This document shows, one piece after another, positions 1 to 8,419 of a stretch of 64,000 nucleotides of DNA. This DNA is from Bacteroidaceae bacterium. Lineage in GTDB: Bacteria; Bacteroidota; Bacteroidia; Bacteroidales; Bacteroidaceae. The notes under the pieces are model-generated. The model saw nothing but the letters and a program-made list of their open reading frames with translations, was not told the origin of the DNA and did no database searches. The stretch is from NCBI GenBank assembly GCA_017960985.1, contig JAGCYD010000076.1, positions 33,410-97,409 on the forward strand. The letters run 5' to 3'. A program made the translations under genes and the position numbers. Positions within the stretch are counted from its first letter, which is position 1. Each line of letters starts with the position of its first letter.

Positions 1-1127
1 CTCTTCTATTACAATCAGTAGCGGCAAAGATTCATGACGGACACACTACCGTTAATCTCACCAATGCAGGATTACTTTATCCAATGCATTTTTATACCGA
101 TGAAAAAGGATTTTATTTAGATGTCGTACAAAGCGGGAATGAAGAATCGCTCGGCAAGCAGATAAAGAAAATCAACGGCAACGAGATGTCCGACATATAC
201 AATCGCTTTAGAGACATTATTAGTTATGACAATGAGGCTACTTTGCTCAAGACCTTCAAAAATACCGTCTCGTTATTCTCTTCATGGCAACAACTGGGGC
301 TATGTTCTGCCGATTCTTCTATAACTCTCACTCTCACAGATGGAAGTTCTGTAAATTTGCGACCAATCCCCAAAAAGCAACTTATACCTCGAAGAATACA
401 TGCAAAGCCTTCTAAAACACAACTCATGAGGCTTCGGAGCAATCGCATGCCGTATTCATTCGAACTTATTGAACCCGGCATCTGCTATATGCTCTTCAAT
501 AAATGTGAGGCAAGGAGTCTGCCCACCTTTTCAGCATTTCTCGATTCCATGTTCCAAACCATGCAAGCATCCTCTATTCACACTCTTGCTGTAGATGTCA
601 GAGAGAATAGCGGAGGGAATAGTGCTTTGTGTGAAGAATTGCTGCGACGCCTAAAAAGCAATATTACATATTATAGTTTCTGGACACGCCCTTCACAACT
701 TGTCTCCGATTATTATCACATGATGAGTATCGATGAATCGACGGTTAACTTCAAAGATACGATACAGGCACAATTACAAGGTGTGAAGACTCCGTTTACA
801 GGCAATGTCATCTGGATTCAAGGCGAAAGAACATTTAGCAGTGCGGGACTTTTAATAACAACGGCTGTCGATAATAACATTGGCATAGTTATCGGGGAAC
901 AAGCCTCATATAGTCCCAACCATTATGGGAATATCATCGGCTGGACACTCCCCAATACAAATATTCAAGGGTACATTTCCCATAGATTCTTTTTGCGCCC
1001 CGACAAAACACGCGGAAATGACATACCACTAAAAGCAACATTGCCAACCACATTCGACAATTATATCAATGGCATAGACCCGTGCTTAGACTGGATTATC
1101 AGCAATTATCCTAAGTACGGCAATTAA
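1..1127 (+). CDS. S41-family (C-terminal processing / tail-specific type) peptidase; the 5' end lies outside the window
   Basis: The frame of ORF 84..1127 stays open back to nt 3 (..AAKIHDGHTTVNL..). S41-like block AVDVRENSGGNS. Stop codon at 1125-1127. Confidence 0.7.
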   Translation, partial: LLLQSVAAKIHDGHTTVNLTNAGLLYPMHFYTDEKGFYLDVVQSGNEESLGKQIKKINGNEMSDIYNRFRDIISYDNEATLLKTFKNTVSLFSSWQQLGLCSADSSITLTLTDGSSVNLRPIPKKQLIPRRIHAKPSKTQLMRLRSNRMPYSFELIEPGICYMLFNKCEARSLPTFSAFLDSMFQTMQASSIHTLAVDVRENSGGNSALCEELLRRLKSNITYYSFWTRPSQLVSDYYHMMSIDESTVNFKDTIQAQLQGVKTPFTGNVIWIQGERTFSSAGLLITTAVDNNIGIVIGEQASYSPNHYGNIIGWTLPNTNIQGYISHRFFLRPDKTRGNDIPLKATLPTTFDNYINGIDPCLDWIISNYPKYGN

Positions 1128-1170
1128 AGTTGTCCTATAGAATAAATTGAGCAACGAAATATGATTATTT

Positions 1171-1204
1171 TTCTTTTTAAGTTGCTGATTTTTTATTACC
1201 TTTG
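1171..1204 (+). promoter_or_regulatory. Bacteroidota-type promoter for the decarboxylase operon
   Basis: TAccTTTG at 1197-1204 matches the Bacteroides -7 consensus TAnnTTTG. A TTG lies about 21 nt upstream. The first gene starts 38 nt downstream. Confidence 0.5.
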
Positions 1205-1241
1205 CACCTAATTTGTGGATTTTCATTAATAAATAGGTATT

Positions 1242-1499
1242 ATGGAGAATATAGGTATTGGATTGGAGCTCATGGTTGTTGGTATGAGCACAGTTTTCCT
1301 TATTTTACTTATTGTCATCAGCGGAGGCAAGTTACTCATCAAGGCTGTAAACAAGTTTGCGCCCGAGGAAGTCGTGGCACAGAAGAAGGTTGCGACAGCA
1401 ACTGCAGCCATCGACGGCACTACGATGGAAGTGCTGCGAAAGGTTGTCAGCCAACTGACCCACGGTAAGGGGCATTTGACTGAGGCCAAGAAGATATAA
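1242..1499 (+). CDS. oadG: OadG-like small membrane subunit of a Na+-translocating decarboxylase
   Basis: 85 aa with one N-terminal TM helix (LELMVVGMSTVFLILLIVISGG). Lies directly upstream of the alpha and beta subunit genes. Confidence 0.7.
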   Translation: MENIGIGLELMVVGMSTVFLILLIVISGGKLLIKAVNKFAPEEVVAQKKVATATAAIDGTTMEVLRKVVSQLTHGKGHLTEAKKI

Positions 1500-1540
1500 T
1501 AGAAACCAACATTATTGAAGAAACTATAAGAAATAAGGAT

Positions 1541-3385
1541 ATGAAGGAAGTTAAGTTAAGTCTGGTATTCAGAGATATGTGGCAGAGTGCTGGTAAATAT
1601 CAGCCTCGCGTAGATCAGTTAGTCAAGGTTGCGCCTGCAATCATCCGTATGGGATGTTTCGACCGTGTAGAGACAAACGGTGGAGGTTTTGAGCAGGTCA
1701 ATCTGCTTTATGGCGAGAACCCCAACAAGAGTGTAAGGGAATGGACAAAGCCTTTCCACGAGGCTGGCATACAGACTCACATGCTCGACCGCGCATTGAA
1801 CGGTCTGAGAATGAGTCCGTGTCCCAAAGATTTGCGTAAATTGTTCTATAAGGTAAAGAAGGCGCAGGGAACAGATATCACGCGTATCTTCTGCGGACTA
1901 AACGACCCTCGCAATGTGATTCCCTCTATCGGATATGCCAAGGAGGCTGGCATGATTGCTCAGGCAGCTCTTTGCATCACCCACTCCCCCATCCATACGG
2001 TAGAATATTATGTGGATTTGGCCAAGCAGTTCATCGATGCTGGTGCTGACGAAATCTGTCTGAAGGATATGGCCGGTATCGGTCGCCCTGTAACACTGGG
2101 TAAGATTGTGGCTGGCATCAAGGCTTACAAGAAAGATATCGTTATTCAGTACCACAGCCACTCTGGCCCCGGTTTCTGTATGGCAAGTATTCTGGAAGTT
2201 GCCGAGGCTGGTTGCGACTATATCGATGTAGGTATGTCTCCCTTGTCATGGGGTACGGGTCATGCCGATGTAATCGCTGTTCAGGAAATGCTGAAGGACG
2301 CTGGTTTCAAGGTAAAGGATATCAATATGGAAGCCTATATGGAAGTAAGAACCCAGATTCGCGAGATGATGGACGACTTCCTTGGCTATTATATCCCAAA
2401 ACTCAACCATGTAAACAACTCACTGCTTGTTAAGCCCGGTCTGCCTGGAGGTATGATGGGTTCGTTGATGACCGACCTCGAGGACAATCTGAAGAGCCTG
2501 AACAAGTGGAAGGTAAAAAATGGTCAGCCCGAGATGACAACAGACCAATTGCTTGTGAAGTTGTTCGACGAGGTTGCCTATGTATGGCCTAAGGTCGGCT
2601 ATCCCTGCTTGGTAACGCCCTTCAGCCAGTATGTAAAGAACCTGGCCCTGATGAATGTCATTCAGATGGAAAAGGGCAAGGAGCGTTGGAGTATGATTGC
2701 CGACAACATCTGGGATATGATTCTGGGCAAGAGCGGACAGTTGCCTGGCCCCGTAGCAGAGGAATTGGTGAATCTGGCCAAAGAACAAGGCCGTGAATTT
2801 GAAACCAACGACCCGCAGAGTTACTACCCCGACGACTTGGAAGACTACAAGAAGAAGATGGAAGAGAAAGGTTGGGAACTCGGTGAAGACAACGAAGAAC
2901 TGTTTGAGTATTCGATGCATCCAAGCCAGTACGAAGCCTATAAGAGCGGTAAGGCCAAGGCTGATTTCGAAGCAGACCTTGCTGAAAGAAAGGCAAACAT
3001 CCATCCTGCCACTTCGGAAGACGAGCAGAATATGCCGAAGCAGATTACAGTGAATGTAAACGGACAGAATTATCAGGTAAGCATCGCTTATGGCGCCGAG
3101 GCTCCTGCTCAAACAGCAGAGAATACGGCTACCGTACCTGCAGGTGAGGGTGAGGATATCCTTGCACCGCTCGAGGGTAAGTTCTATCGCGTAAAGGATA
3201 GTCAGGAACAGCCCAAACAAATAGGTGAAGAGGTAAAGGCCGGCGATGTACTCGGATATATTGAGGCTATGAAGACCTACAATGCCATCCGTGCCGACTT
3301 CGACGGTGTGCTGACTGCCATCTTGGTACAAAGCGGAGAGAGTGTGGAGGAAGACGACCCCATACTGAAAGTTGCGAGGAAATAA
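1541..3385 (+). CDS. oadA: Oxaloacetate decarboxylase alpha subunit / pyruvate carboxylase subunit B type (carboxyltransferase plus biotinyl domain)
   Basis: 614 aa with an N-terminal HMGL-like carboxyltransferase region. The C-terminal biotinyl domain carries the attachment motif GYIEAMKTYNAI (an EAMK lysine). Confidence 0.85.
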   Translation: MKEVKLSLVFRDMWQSAGKYQPRVDQLVKVAPAIIRMGCFDRVETNGGGFEQVNLLYGENPNKSVREWTKPFHEAGIQTHMLDRALNGLRMSPCPKDLRKLFYKVKKAQGTDITRIFCGLNDPRNVIPSIGYAKEAGMIAQAALCITHSPIHTVEYYVDLAKQFIDAGADEICLKDMAGIGRPVTLGKIVAGIKAYKKDIVIQYHSHSGPGFCMASILEVAEAGCDYIDVGMSPLSWGTGHADVIAVQEMLKDAGFKVKDINMEAYMEVRTQIREMMDDFLGYYIPKLNHVNNSLLVKPGLPGGMMGSLMTDLEDNLKSLNKWKVKNGQPEMTTDQLLVKLFDEVAYVWPKVGYPCLVTPFSQYVKNLALMNVIQMEKGKERWSMIADNIWDMILGKSGQLPGPVAEELVNLAKEQGREFETNDPQSYYPDDLEDYKKKMEEKGWELGEDNEELFEYSMHPSQYEAYKSGKAKADFEADLAERKANIHPATSEDEQNMPKQITVNVNGQNYQVSIAYGAEAPAQTAENTATVPAGEGEDILAPLEGKFYRVKDSQEQPKQIGEEVKAGDVLGYIEAMKTYNAIRADFDGVLTAILVQSGESVEEDDPILKVARK

Positions 3386-3406
3386 GACAGGATACATAAT
3401 TCATAG

Positions 3407-4660
3407 TTGATGATTATGGAAGTTTTACAGGATATTTTACATAGACTATATGAGATGACGGCACTGGCTGCCATCTGGGAAAATCCATTGTTCCTCGTGA
3501 TGTACCTGCTGGCCTTTGTGTTGTTGTACCTCGGAATCGTGAAGAAGTACGAACCGTTGTTGCTGGTACCTATCGCCTTTGGTGTGCTGATTGCAAACTT
3601 TCCCGGCGGAGGTATGGGTGTGGTTCAGGCCAACTCGGAAGGTATGGTATTGGTCAATGGAGAGTTGAAGAGCATCTACTCGATGCCTTTGCATGAGATA
3701 GCACACGATTTGGGCTTGATGAACTATTTGTATTATGCCCTTATCAAGTCGGGCTTGCTGCCCCCCGTCATCTTTATGGGTGTTGGTGCCTTGACAGACT
3801 TTGGCCCCATGCTGCGAAACCTGAAGCTTGCCATCTTCGGTGCTGCTGCACAGATGGGTATCTTCAGTGTGCTATTGGTTGCACTACTGGTTGGATTCAC
3901 CCCACAGGAGGCTGGTTCACTGGGTATCATCGGTGGTGCTGATGGTCCTACGGCTATCTTCACAACCATCAAATTAGCGCCCCACTTGTTGGGACCGATA
4001 GCCATTGCGGCCTATTCCTATATGGCTTTGGTGCCCGTGATAATACCTCTGGTGGTGAAACTGACTTGTTCGGAGCGTGAGTTACGCATAAACATGAAGG
4101 AGATGGACCGCCTTTATCCCGACGGAGTGGAAATAAAGAACATGCGCGCGCTAAAGATTGTGTTCCCGATAGCCGTAACTACAATTGTGGCCATATTCGT
4201 GCCTACAGCCGTGAGCCTGGTAGGTATGCTGATGTTCGGTAATCTGGTGAAGGAAATCGGTAATGATACTTCAAGATTGTTCGATGCAGCATCAAATGGC
4301 ATCATGAATGCCGCCACCATCTTCCTCGGATTGTGTGTCGGAGCAACGATGACAGTCGAGGCCTTCATCAATGTACAGACTCTGGGCATTGTCGCAGGCG
4401 GTTTCTGTGCCTTTGCGCTCTCTATTGCCAGCGGTATTTGCATGGTAAAGATATGGAACCTGTTTGCCAAGAAGAAGATTAATCCACTGGTAGGTGCAAC
4501 CGGTCTTTCCGCTGTTCCTATGGCCAGCCGTGTATGTAACGGTATCTCTACGAAGTATGACCCGAAGAACCATGTACTGAACTACTGCATGTCTTCGAAC
4601 ATATCGGGTGTCATCGGTTCGGCCGTTGCTGCCGGCGTGCTTATCTCTTTCCTCGGATAG
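3407..4660 (+). CDS. oadB: Na+-translocating decarboxylase beta subunit (OadB/GcdB/MmdB family)
   Basis: 417 aa polytopic membrane protein. Contains family-typical blocks IIGGADGPTAIF and GATGLSAVPMASR. Third gene of the operon. Confidence 0.85.
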   Translation: MMIMEVLQDILHRLYEMTALAAIWENPLFLVMYLLAFVLLYLGIVKKYEPLLLVPIAFGVLIANFPGGGMGVVQANSEGMVLVNGELKSIYSMPLHEIAHDLGLMNYLYYALIKSGLLPPVIFMGVGALTDFGPMLRNLKLAIFGAAAQMGIFSVLLVALLVGFTPQEAGSLGIIGGADGPTAIFTTIKLAPHLLGPIAIAAYSYMALVPVIIPLVVKLTCSERELRINMKEMDRLYPDGVEIKNMRALKIVFPIAVTTIVAIFVPTAVSLVGMLMFGNLVKEIGNDTSRLFDAASNGIMNAATIFLGLCVGATMTVEAFINVQTLGIVAGGFCAFALSIASGICMVKIWNLFAKKKINPLVGATGLSAVPMASRVCNGISTKYDPKNHVLNYCMSSNISGVIGSAVAAGVLISFLG

Positions 4661-4685
4661 ATACCTGTCCTTAACAGATACACAG

Positions 4686-4720
4686 AGCCCTATGGTAATC
4701 CAACCGTAGGGCTTTGTTAT
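4686..4720 (+). terminator. Rho-independent terminator of the decarboxylase operon
   Basis: AGCCCTATGG (4686-4695) pairs with CCGTAGGGCT (4704-4713) with one mismatch, followed by TTGTTATGTTT. Confidence 0.55.
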
Positions 4721-4730
4721 GTTTATAAGA

Positions 4731-4867
4731 ATAGTAGTGCGTAGGGCTACGCTATAGTATTGCATGAGGTGTAGCAATAGTATTGCGAGCCATGTAGAAA
4801 TACTATGCTTGCTGCAATGGAAAGTAACTTTGCAACCAAGTTGCAGTAATCTATGCGTAACTTTGCA
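4731..4867 (+). repeat. 23-bp-phased tandem array with an (GC)AATAGTAtTGC core (4 clear units plus 2 degenerate ones)
   Basis: Units start at 4731, 4754, 4777 and 4800 (atagtagtgc / atagtattgc / atagtattgc / atactatgc). Weaker units start at 4823 and 4845. A second array with the same core is at 46519-46633. Confidence 0.6.
4825..4865 (+). promoter_or_regulatory. Two candidate -7 boxes for the Cu/Zn efflux gene
   Basis: TAacTTTG occurs at 4825-4832 and again at 4858-4865. The ATG is at 4878. Confidence 0.4.
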
Positions 4868-4877
4868 TCGAAATCAA

Positions 4878-6137
4878 ATGATAGAGAAAATGGAAATACT
4901 GCAAAGTTTACTTACCGACATCTGGGTCATGACCTGTGAAATGGCCCCATACCTACTGCTCGGTTTCCTGTTGGCAGGGCTGATGCACGAATACATACCC
5001 CGCCGACTTTACTCCAGTTACCTTAGTCGTCCAACCCTCCGCAGTGTGGGCTTGGCCACCGCAATAGGCATTCCTCTACCCCTCTGCTCCTGTGGAGTCC
5101 TCCCCACGGCCATGTCCCTACGGCGTGAAGGGGCCAGTCACGGGGCAACCACAGCATTTCTGATTGCCACGCCCCAAACGGGAGTGGACAGCATCATTGC
5201 CACTTTCTCCCTCATGGGACTACCTTTCGCCATTCTCCGCCCTATAGCCGCACTATTCACAGCACTACTTGGCGGAACGCTCGTCAATACATTCACAAGT
5301 GCCGAAGCACAAATCCTACAACCCGGCATGAACCCATCCCAGAGCACATGTTCCGTCGGCTCCACCAATACACCTTGGGAAAGGTTCTGCTCTGCCCTAC
5401 GCTATGCCTATGTAGAGATGATGGGTGACATCGGACGATGGCTTATCATCGGACTTATTGCGGCAGGTATGATTACCGCCCTTGTTCCCGACCAATGGTT
5501 CAGCGCCTTCCACGACAACACATTCCTGTCCATATTGCTCGTGCTCTGCATCAGTATTCCGATGTATGTTTGTGCCACAGGTAGCATTCCCATCGCTGTA
5601 GCCCTTATGATGAAGGGACTCACTCCTGGGGCAGCTCTTGTACTTCTCATGGCTGGTCCTGCCTGTAACATCGCCAGTATGCTCGTCATACACAAAGTAA
5701 TGGGCCGTCGTACACTTCTGCTCTATCTGCTTTCCATCATCAGTGGCGCCATTATTGCAGCCCTTGCTATCGACAACCTTATGCCTGCCGCATGGTTCAC
5801 CTCTACCCTGCAACATACAGCGGCCTGTCACCAAGATACCATTCAGTGGCTGAATATTGCATCGGCCATCGTTCTCATCGCCCTGATTCTTAACACCCTG
5901 CGACACACTCACAACCACGAAACGGCAGAATCCACAGCAGACACCACCATACTCCACATACAAGGCATGCATTGCTCACATTGTGCCGCAAACATACAAC
6001 ATGCCCTCGAAAACCTCGAAGGTGTGGAGACTGCCACCGTAAATCTCAGCGAAAATATGGCCGTCGTTACGGGTTCCACACCATACGAAACCCTCCGAGA
6101 GACCATTCAATCCCTTGGATATGAAGTACAAAAATAA
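4878..6137 (+). CDS. SO_0444-type Cu/Zn efflux transporter (DUF318/ArsP-like permease with a C-terminal heavy-metal-associated domain)
   Basis: Polytopic permease with the LCSCGVLP motif. C-terminal HMA domain with GMHCSHCAANIQHALE (GMxCxxC). Start moved to the ATG at 4878, downstream of the promoter boxes; the ORF track began at 4764. Confidence 0.75.
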   Translation: MIEKMEILQSLLTDIWVMTCEMAPYLLLGFLLAGLMHEYIPRRLYSSYLSRPTLRSVGLATAIGIPLPLCSCGVLPTAMSLRREGASHGATTAFLIATPQTGVDSIIATFSLMGLPFAILRPIAALFTALLGGTLVNTFTSAEAQILQPGMNPSQSTCSVGSTNTPWERFCSALRYAYVEMMGDIGRWLIIGLIAAGMITALVPDQWFSAFHDNTFLSILLVLCISIPMYVCATGSIPIAVALMMKGLTPGAALVLLMAGPACNIASMLVIHKVMGRRTLLLYLLSIISGAIIAALAIDNLMPAAWFTSTLQHTAACHQDTIQWLNIASAIVLIALILNTLRHTHNHETAESTADTTILHIQGMHCSHCAANIQHALENLEGVETATVNLSENMAVVTGSTPYETLRETIQSLGYEVQK

Positions 6138-6153
6138 TTAAACTGCAAAAAAA

Positions 6154-6185
6154 TTTGGTAGTAACTTGACATTTTACTACCTTTG
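6154..6185 (+). promoter_or_regulatory. Promoter of the aromatic amino-acid operon leader
   Basis: TTTG at 6154-6157 (-33 box) and TAccTTTG at 6178-6185 (-7 box), with a 20-nt spacer. Confidence 0.55.
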
Positions 6186-6217
6186 CACCCGAAAACATAA
6201 GCAAAACGACACTCGAC

Positions 6218-6295
6218 ATGCAACAAGGCACACAGTTTTATGCTTACTTTTATTACTTTTACTTTAGCAATGAAGTGAAGCGGGAACTCGTGTAA
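6218..6295 (+). CDS. Putative 25-aa Phe/Tyr-rich leader peptide (MQQGTQFYAYFYYFYFSNEVKRELV)
   Basis: ATG at 6218, TAA at 6293. Nine of ten consecutive codons (6236-6265) are Phe or Tyr. Sits between the promoter and the terminator hairpin upstream of pheA. Confidence 0.55.
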   Translation: MQQGTQFYAYFYYFYFSNEVKRELV

Positions 6296-6367
6296 CCATA
6301 TAAAGCATACCCAAGGCAAGAAAGAAACAGAATCCCGCTTCCATACTAGGAGCGGGATTTATTTTAT
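6277..6367 (+). promoter_or_regulatory. Candidate transcription attenuator (mutually exclusive antiterminator and terminator)
   Basis: Terminator: AATCCCGCTTCC (6331-6342) pairs with GGAGCGGGATT (6349-6359) with one bulge, then TTATTTTAT. Antiterminator: GAAGCGGGA (6277-6285, inside the end of the leader ORF) is exactly complementary to TCCCGCTTC (6333-6341). Confidence 0.55.
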
Positions 6368-6380
6368 ATAAAAATATATA

Positions 6381-7226
6381 ATGATACACAAGATAGCAAT
6401 ACAAGGCATCAAGGGCAGTTTCCACGACATAGCAGCCCACAGATACTACGAAGGAGAAGATGTACAACTTATCTGCTGTGACACCTTCGAGGAAGTATTT
6501 GCCCAGATGCAGGCAGACCCCGATGTACTCGGCATGGTGGCCATAGAGAACACCATAGCCGGCAGTCTGCTACACAATTACGAACTATTGCGCGATAGTG
6601 GTGCAACCATCATCGGTGAGCACAAACTACGCATCAGCCACTCTATCATGTGCCTCCCCGAAGACGATTGGGCAGATTTGACCGAAGTCAATTCACATCC
6701 CGTAGCCCTTATGCAATGCCGCGACTTCCTCAGTCAGCATAAAGGTATGAAGGTAGTCGAAGTGGCCGATACCGCAGGTGCCGCAGCAGACATCAGCAAA
6801 GGAAATTTGCATGGACATGCCGCCATCTGCCATAAGGATGCTGCCCAAATCTATGGTATGAAAGTATTGCAGGAAGGCATCGAAACCAACAAACATAACT
6901 TCACACGCTTTTTGGTTTTGGCCAATCCCGAGCAGGCATCCCGCATGAGGGACCTCAAGGAGGTGGATAAGTCCAGTTTCGTATTTACCCTGCCCCACGA
7001 GGAAGGAAGCCTTTCGGCCATACTCTCAGTGCTCAGTTTCTACAAACTCAACCTGACGAAGATACAATCCTTACCCATCATCGGAAAGGAATGGCAATAT
7101 ATGTTCTACATTGACCTGTCCTTCACGGACTATACGCGCTACAGACAGGCCATCAATGCAATCAGCCCACTAACGAACAATCTCAAACTCTTAGGAGAAT
7201 ATAAGAATGGAAAACAAAGCATTTAA
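6381..7226 (+). CDS. pheA: Prephenate dehydratase
   Basis: 281 aa. PDT domain (IAIQGIKGSFHDIAA, NFTRFLVL) followed by a C-terminal ACT-like region. Confidence 0.9.
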   Translation: MIHKIAIQGIKGSFHDIAAHRYYEGEDVQLICCDTFEEVFAQMQADPDVLGMVAIENTIAGSLLHNYELLRDSGATIIGEHKLRISHSIMCLPEDDWADLTEVNSHPVALMQCRDFLSQHKGMKVVEVADTAGAAADISKGNLHGHAAICHKDAAQIYGMKVLQEGIETNKHNFTRFLVLANPEQASRMRDLKEVDKSSFVFTLPHEEGSLSAILSVLSFYKLNLTKIQSLPIIGKEWQYMFYIDLSFTDYTRYRQAINAISPLTNNLKLLGEYKNGKQSI

Positions 7227-8397
7227 TATCAAGCCGGCCGACAGGCTCAGTCTTGTATCAGAATACTACTTCAGCCGCAAACTGAAAGAGGTAGCACAGA
7301 TGAATGCCGCAGGCATGGACATCATATCCCTGGCTATCGGAAGTCCCGATATGCCACCTTCACAAGCCACTATCAACACACTCTGTCAGGAGGCACAAAA
7401 GCCTGACACACACGGCTATCAACCCACCATCGGTACACCCGAACTGCGAAAGGCAATGGCAGGATTCTACAAACGCTGGTATGGTGTAGAACTCGACCCT
7501 GCTACGGAGATCCAGCCCCTTATCGGTTCAAAGGAAGGTATCCTGCATGTCACGCTAGCCTTTGTCAATCCCGGCGATGAGGTATTGGTTCCCAATCCAG
7601 GTTATCCCACCTACACATCCCTCAGCACATTGCTCGGCGCAAAGATTGTGAACTACGACCTCTGTGCAGAGAACGATTGGCAACCCGATTTCGATGCGTT
7701 GGAACGGATGGACCTCTCCCGTGTGAAACTCATGTGGACCAACTATCCCAATATGCCAACTGGTGCCAATGCCCGTCGTGAGACCTATACACGACTGGTG
7801 GACTTTGCCCGCCGTCACAATATTATCATTGTCAACGACAACCCCTACTCTTTTATCCTGAACCGTGGGGAACGGCTAAGTCTGTTGCAGGTTCCTGGCG
7901 CAAAGGAATGTTGTGTTGAGTTCAACTCCATGTCGAAAAGCCACAACATGCCTGGATGGCGTGTCGGTATGCTGGCCACCAATGCCGAGTTCATTAAATG
8001 GATTCTCAAGGTGAAGAGCAATATCGACAGCGGCACATTCCGTCCCATGCAGTTGGCAGCAGCACAGGCCTACCAAAATACCGACGAATGGCACATTCAG
8101 GCCAACATCGAGACCTACGCCCGTCGTCGGCAGATGGCAGAGGAGATTATGACTACCCTCGGCTGTACCTACGACCCCTCTCAGGTGGGCATGTTCCTTT
8201 GGGGACGCATCCCCGACACTTATACCGATGTGGAGCAACTGACCGAACGCATCTTGCACGAGGCTCGCGTATTTATTGCCCCGGGGTTTATTTTCGGTTC
8301 CAACGGCAAACGCTACATCCGCATATCCCTCTGTGCCAAGGACGATAAGTTCCAGGAGGCACTGAGACGCATTAAGGAACTGCATATTACAAACTGA
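7207..8397 (+). CDS. Class I/II PLP-dependent aminotransferase (probable aromatic/prephenate aminotransferase of the operon)
   Basis: 396 aa. PLP-lysine block NSMSKSHNMPGWRVG. Overlaps the pheA end by 20 nt. Confidence 0.85.
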   Translation: MENKAFNIKPADRLSLVSEYYFSRKLKEVAQMNAAGMDIISLAIGSPDMPPSQATINTLCQEAQKPDTHGYQPTIGTPELRKAMAGFYKRWYGVELDPATEIQPLIGSKEGILHVTLAFVNPGDEVLVPNPGYPTYTSLSTLLGAKIVNYDLCAENDWQPDFDALERMDLSRVKLMWTNYPNMPTGANARRETYTRLVDFARRHNIIIVNDNPYSFILNRGERLSLLQVPGAKECCVEFNSMSKSHNMPGWRVGMLATNAEFIKWILKVKSNIDSGTFRPMQLAAAQAYQNTDEWHIQANIETYARRRQMAEEIMTTLGCTYDPSQVGMFLWGRIPDTYTDVEQLTERILHEARVFIAPGFIFGSNGKRYIRISLCAKDDKFQEALRRIKELHITN

Positions 8398-8419
8398 CAC
8401 GAAACAAATTAACATAACT

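Noticed and set aside
2420-3397. A 325-aa minus-strand ORF inside oadA. Similar antisense ORFs lie at 38539-39243, 39490-40143 and 40243-40956 (inside the TonB receptor), 58709-59488 (rmuC), 63132-63875 and 62468-63007 (rarA), 13184-13915 (ftsY), 12067-12651 (rimO), 43687-44460 (ligA) and 45070-45681.
   Set aside because: All are antisense to genes with clear family motifs. All have biased, motif-free translations. This is the usual by-product of codon bias.
4764-4877. Upstream extensions of ORF-track starts: 4764 for the efflux permease, 33128 for the TPR gene, 50511 for DUF2461, 55439 for the hydrolase, 20381 for eda, 59938 for rmuC, 42202 for maf, 52956 for queE and 52784 for queD.
   Set aside because: The extensions overlap the neighbouring gene or a promoter box, add non-homologous residues before a conserved N-terminus or signal peptide, and several use non-ATG codons. 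I chose downstream starts instead.
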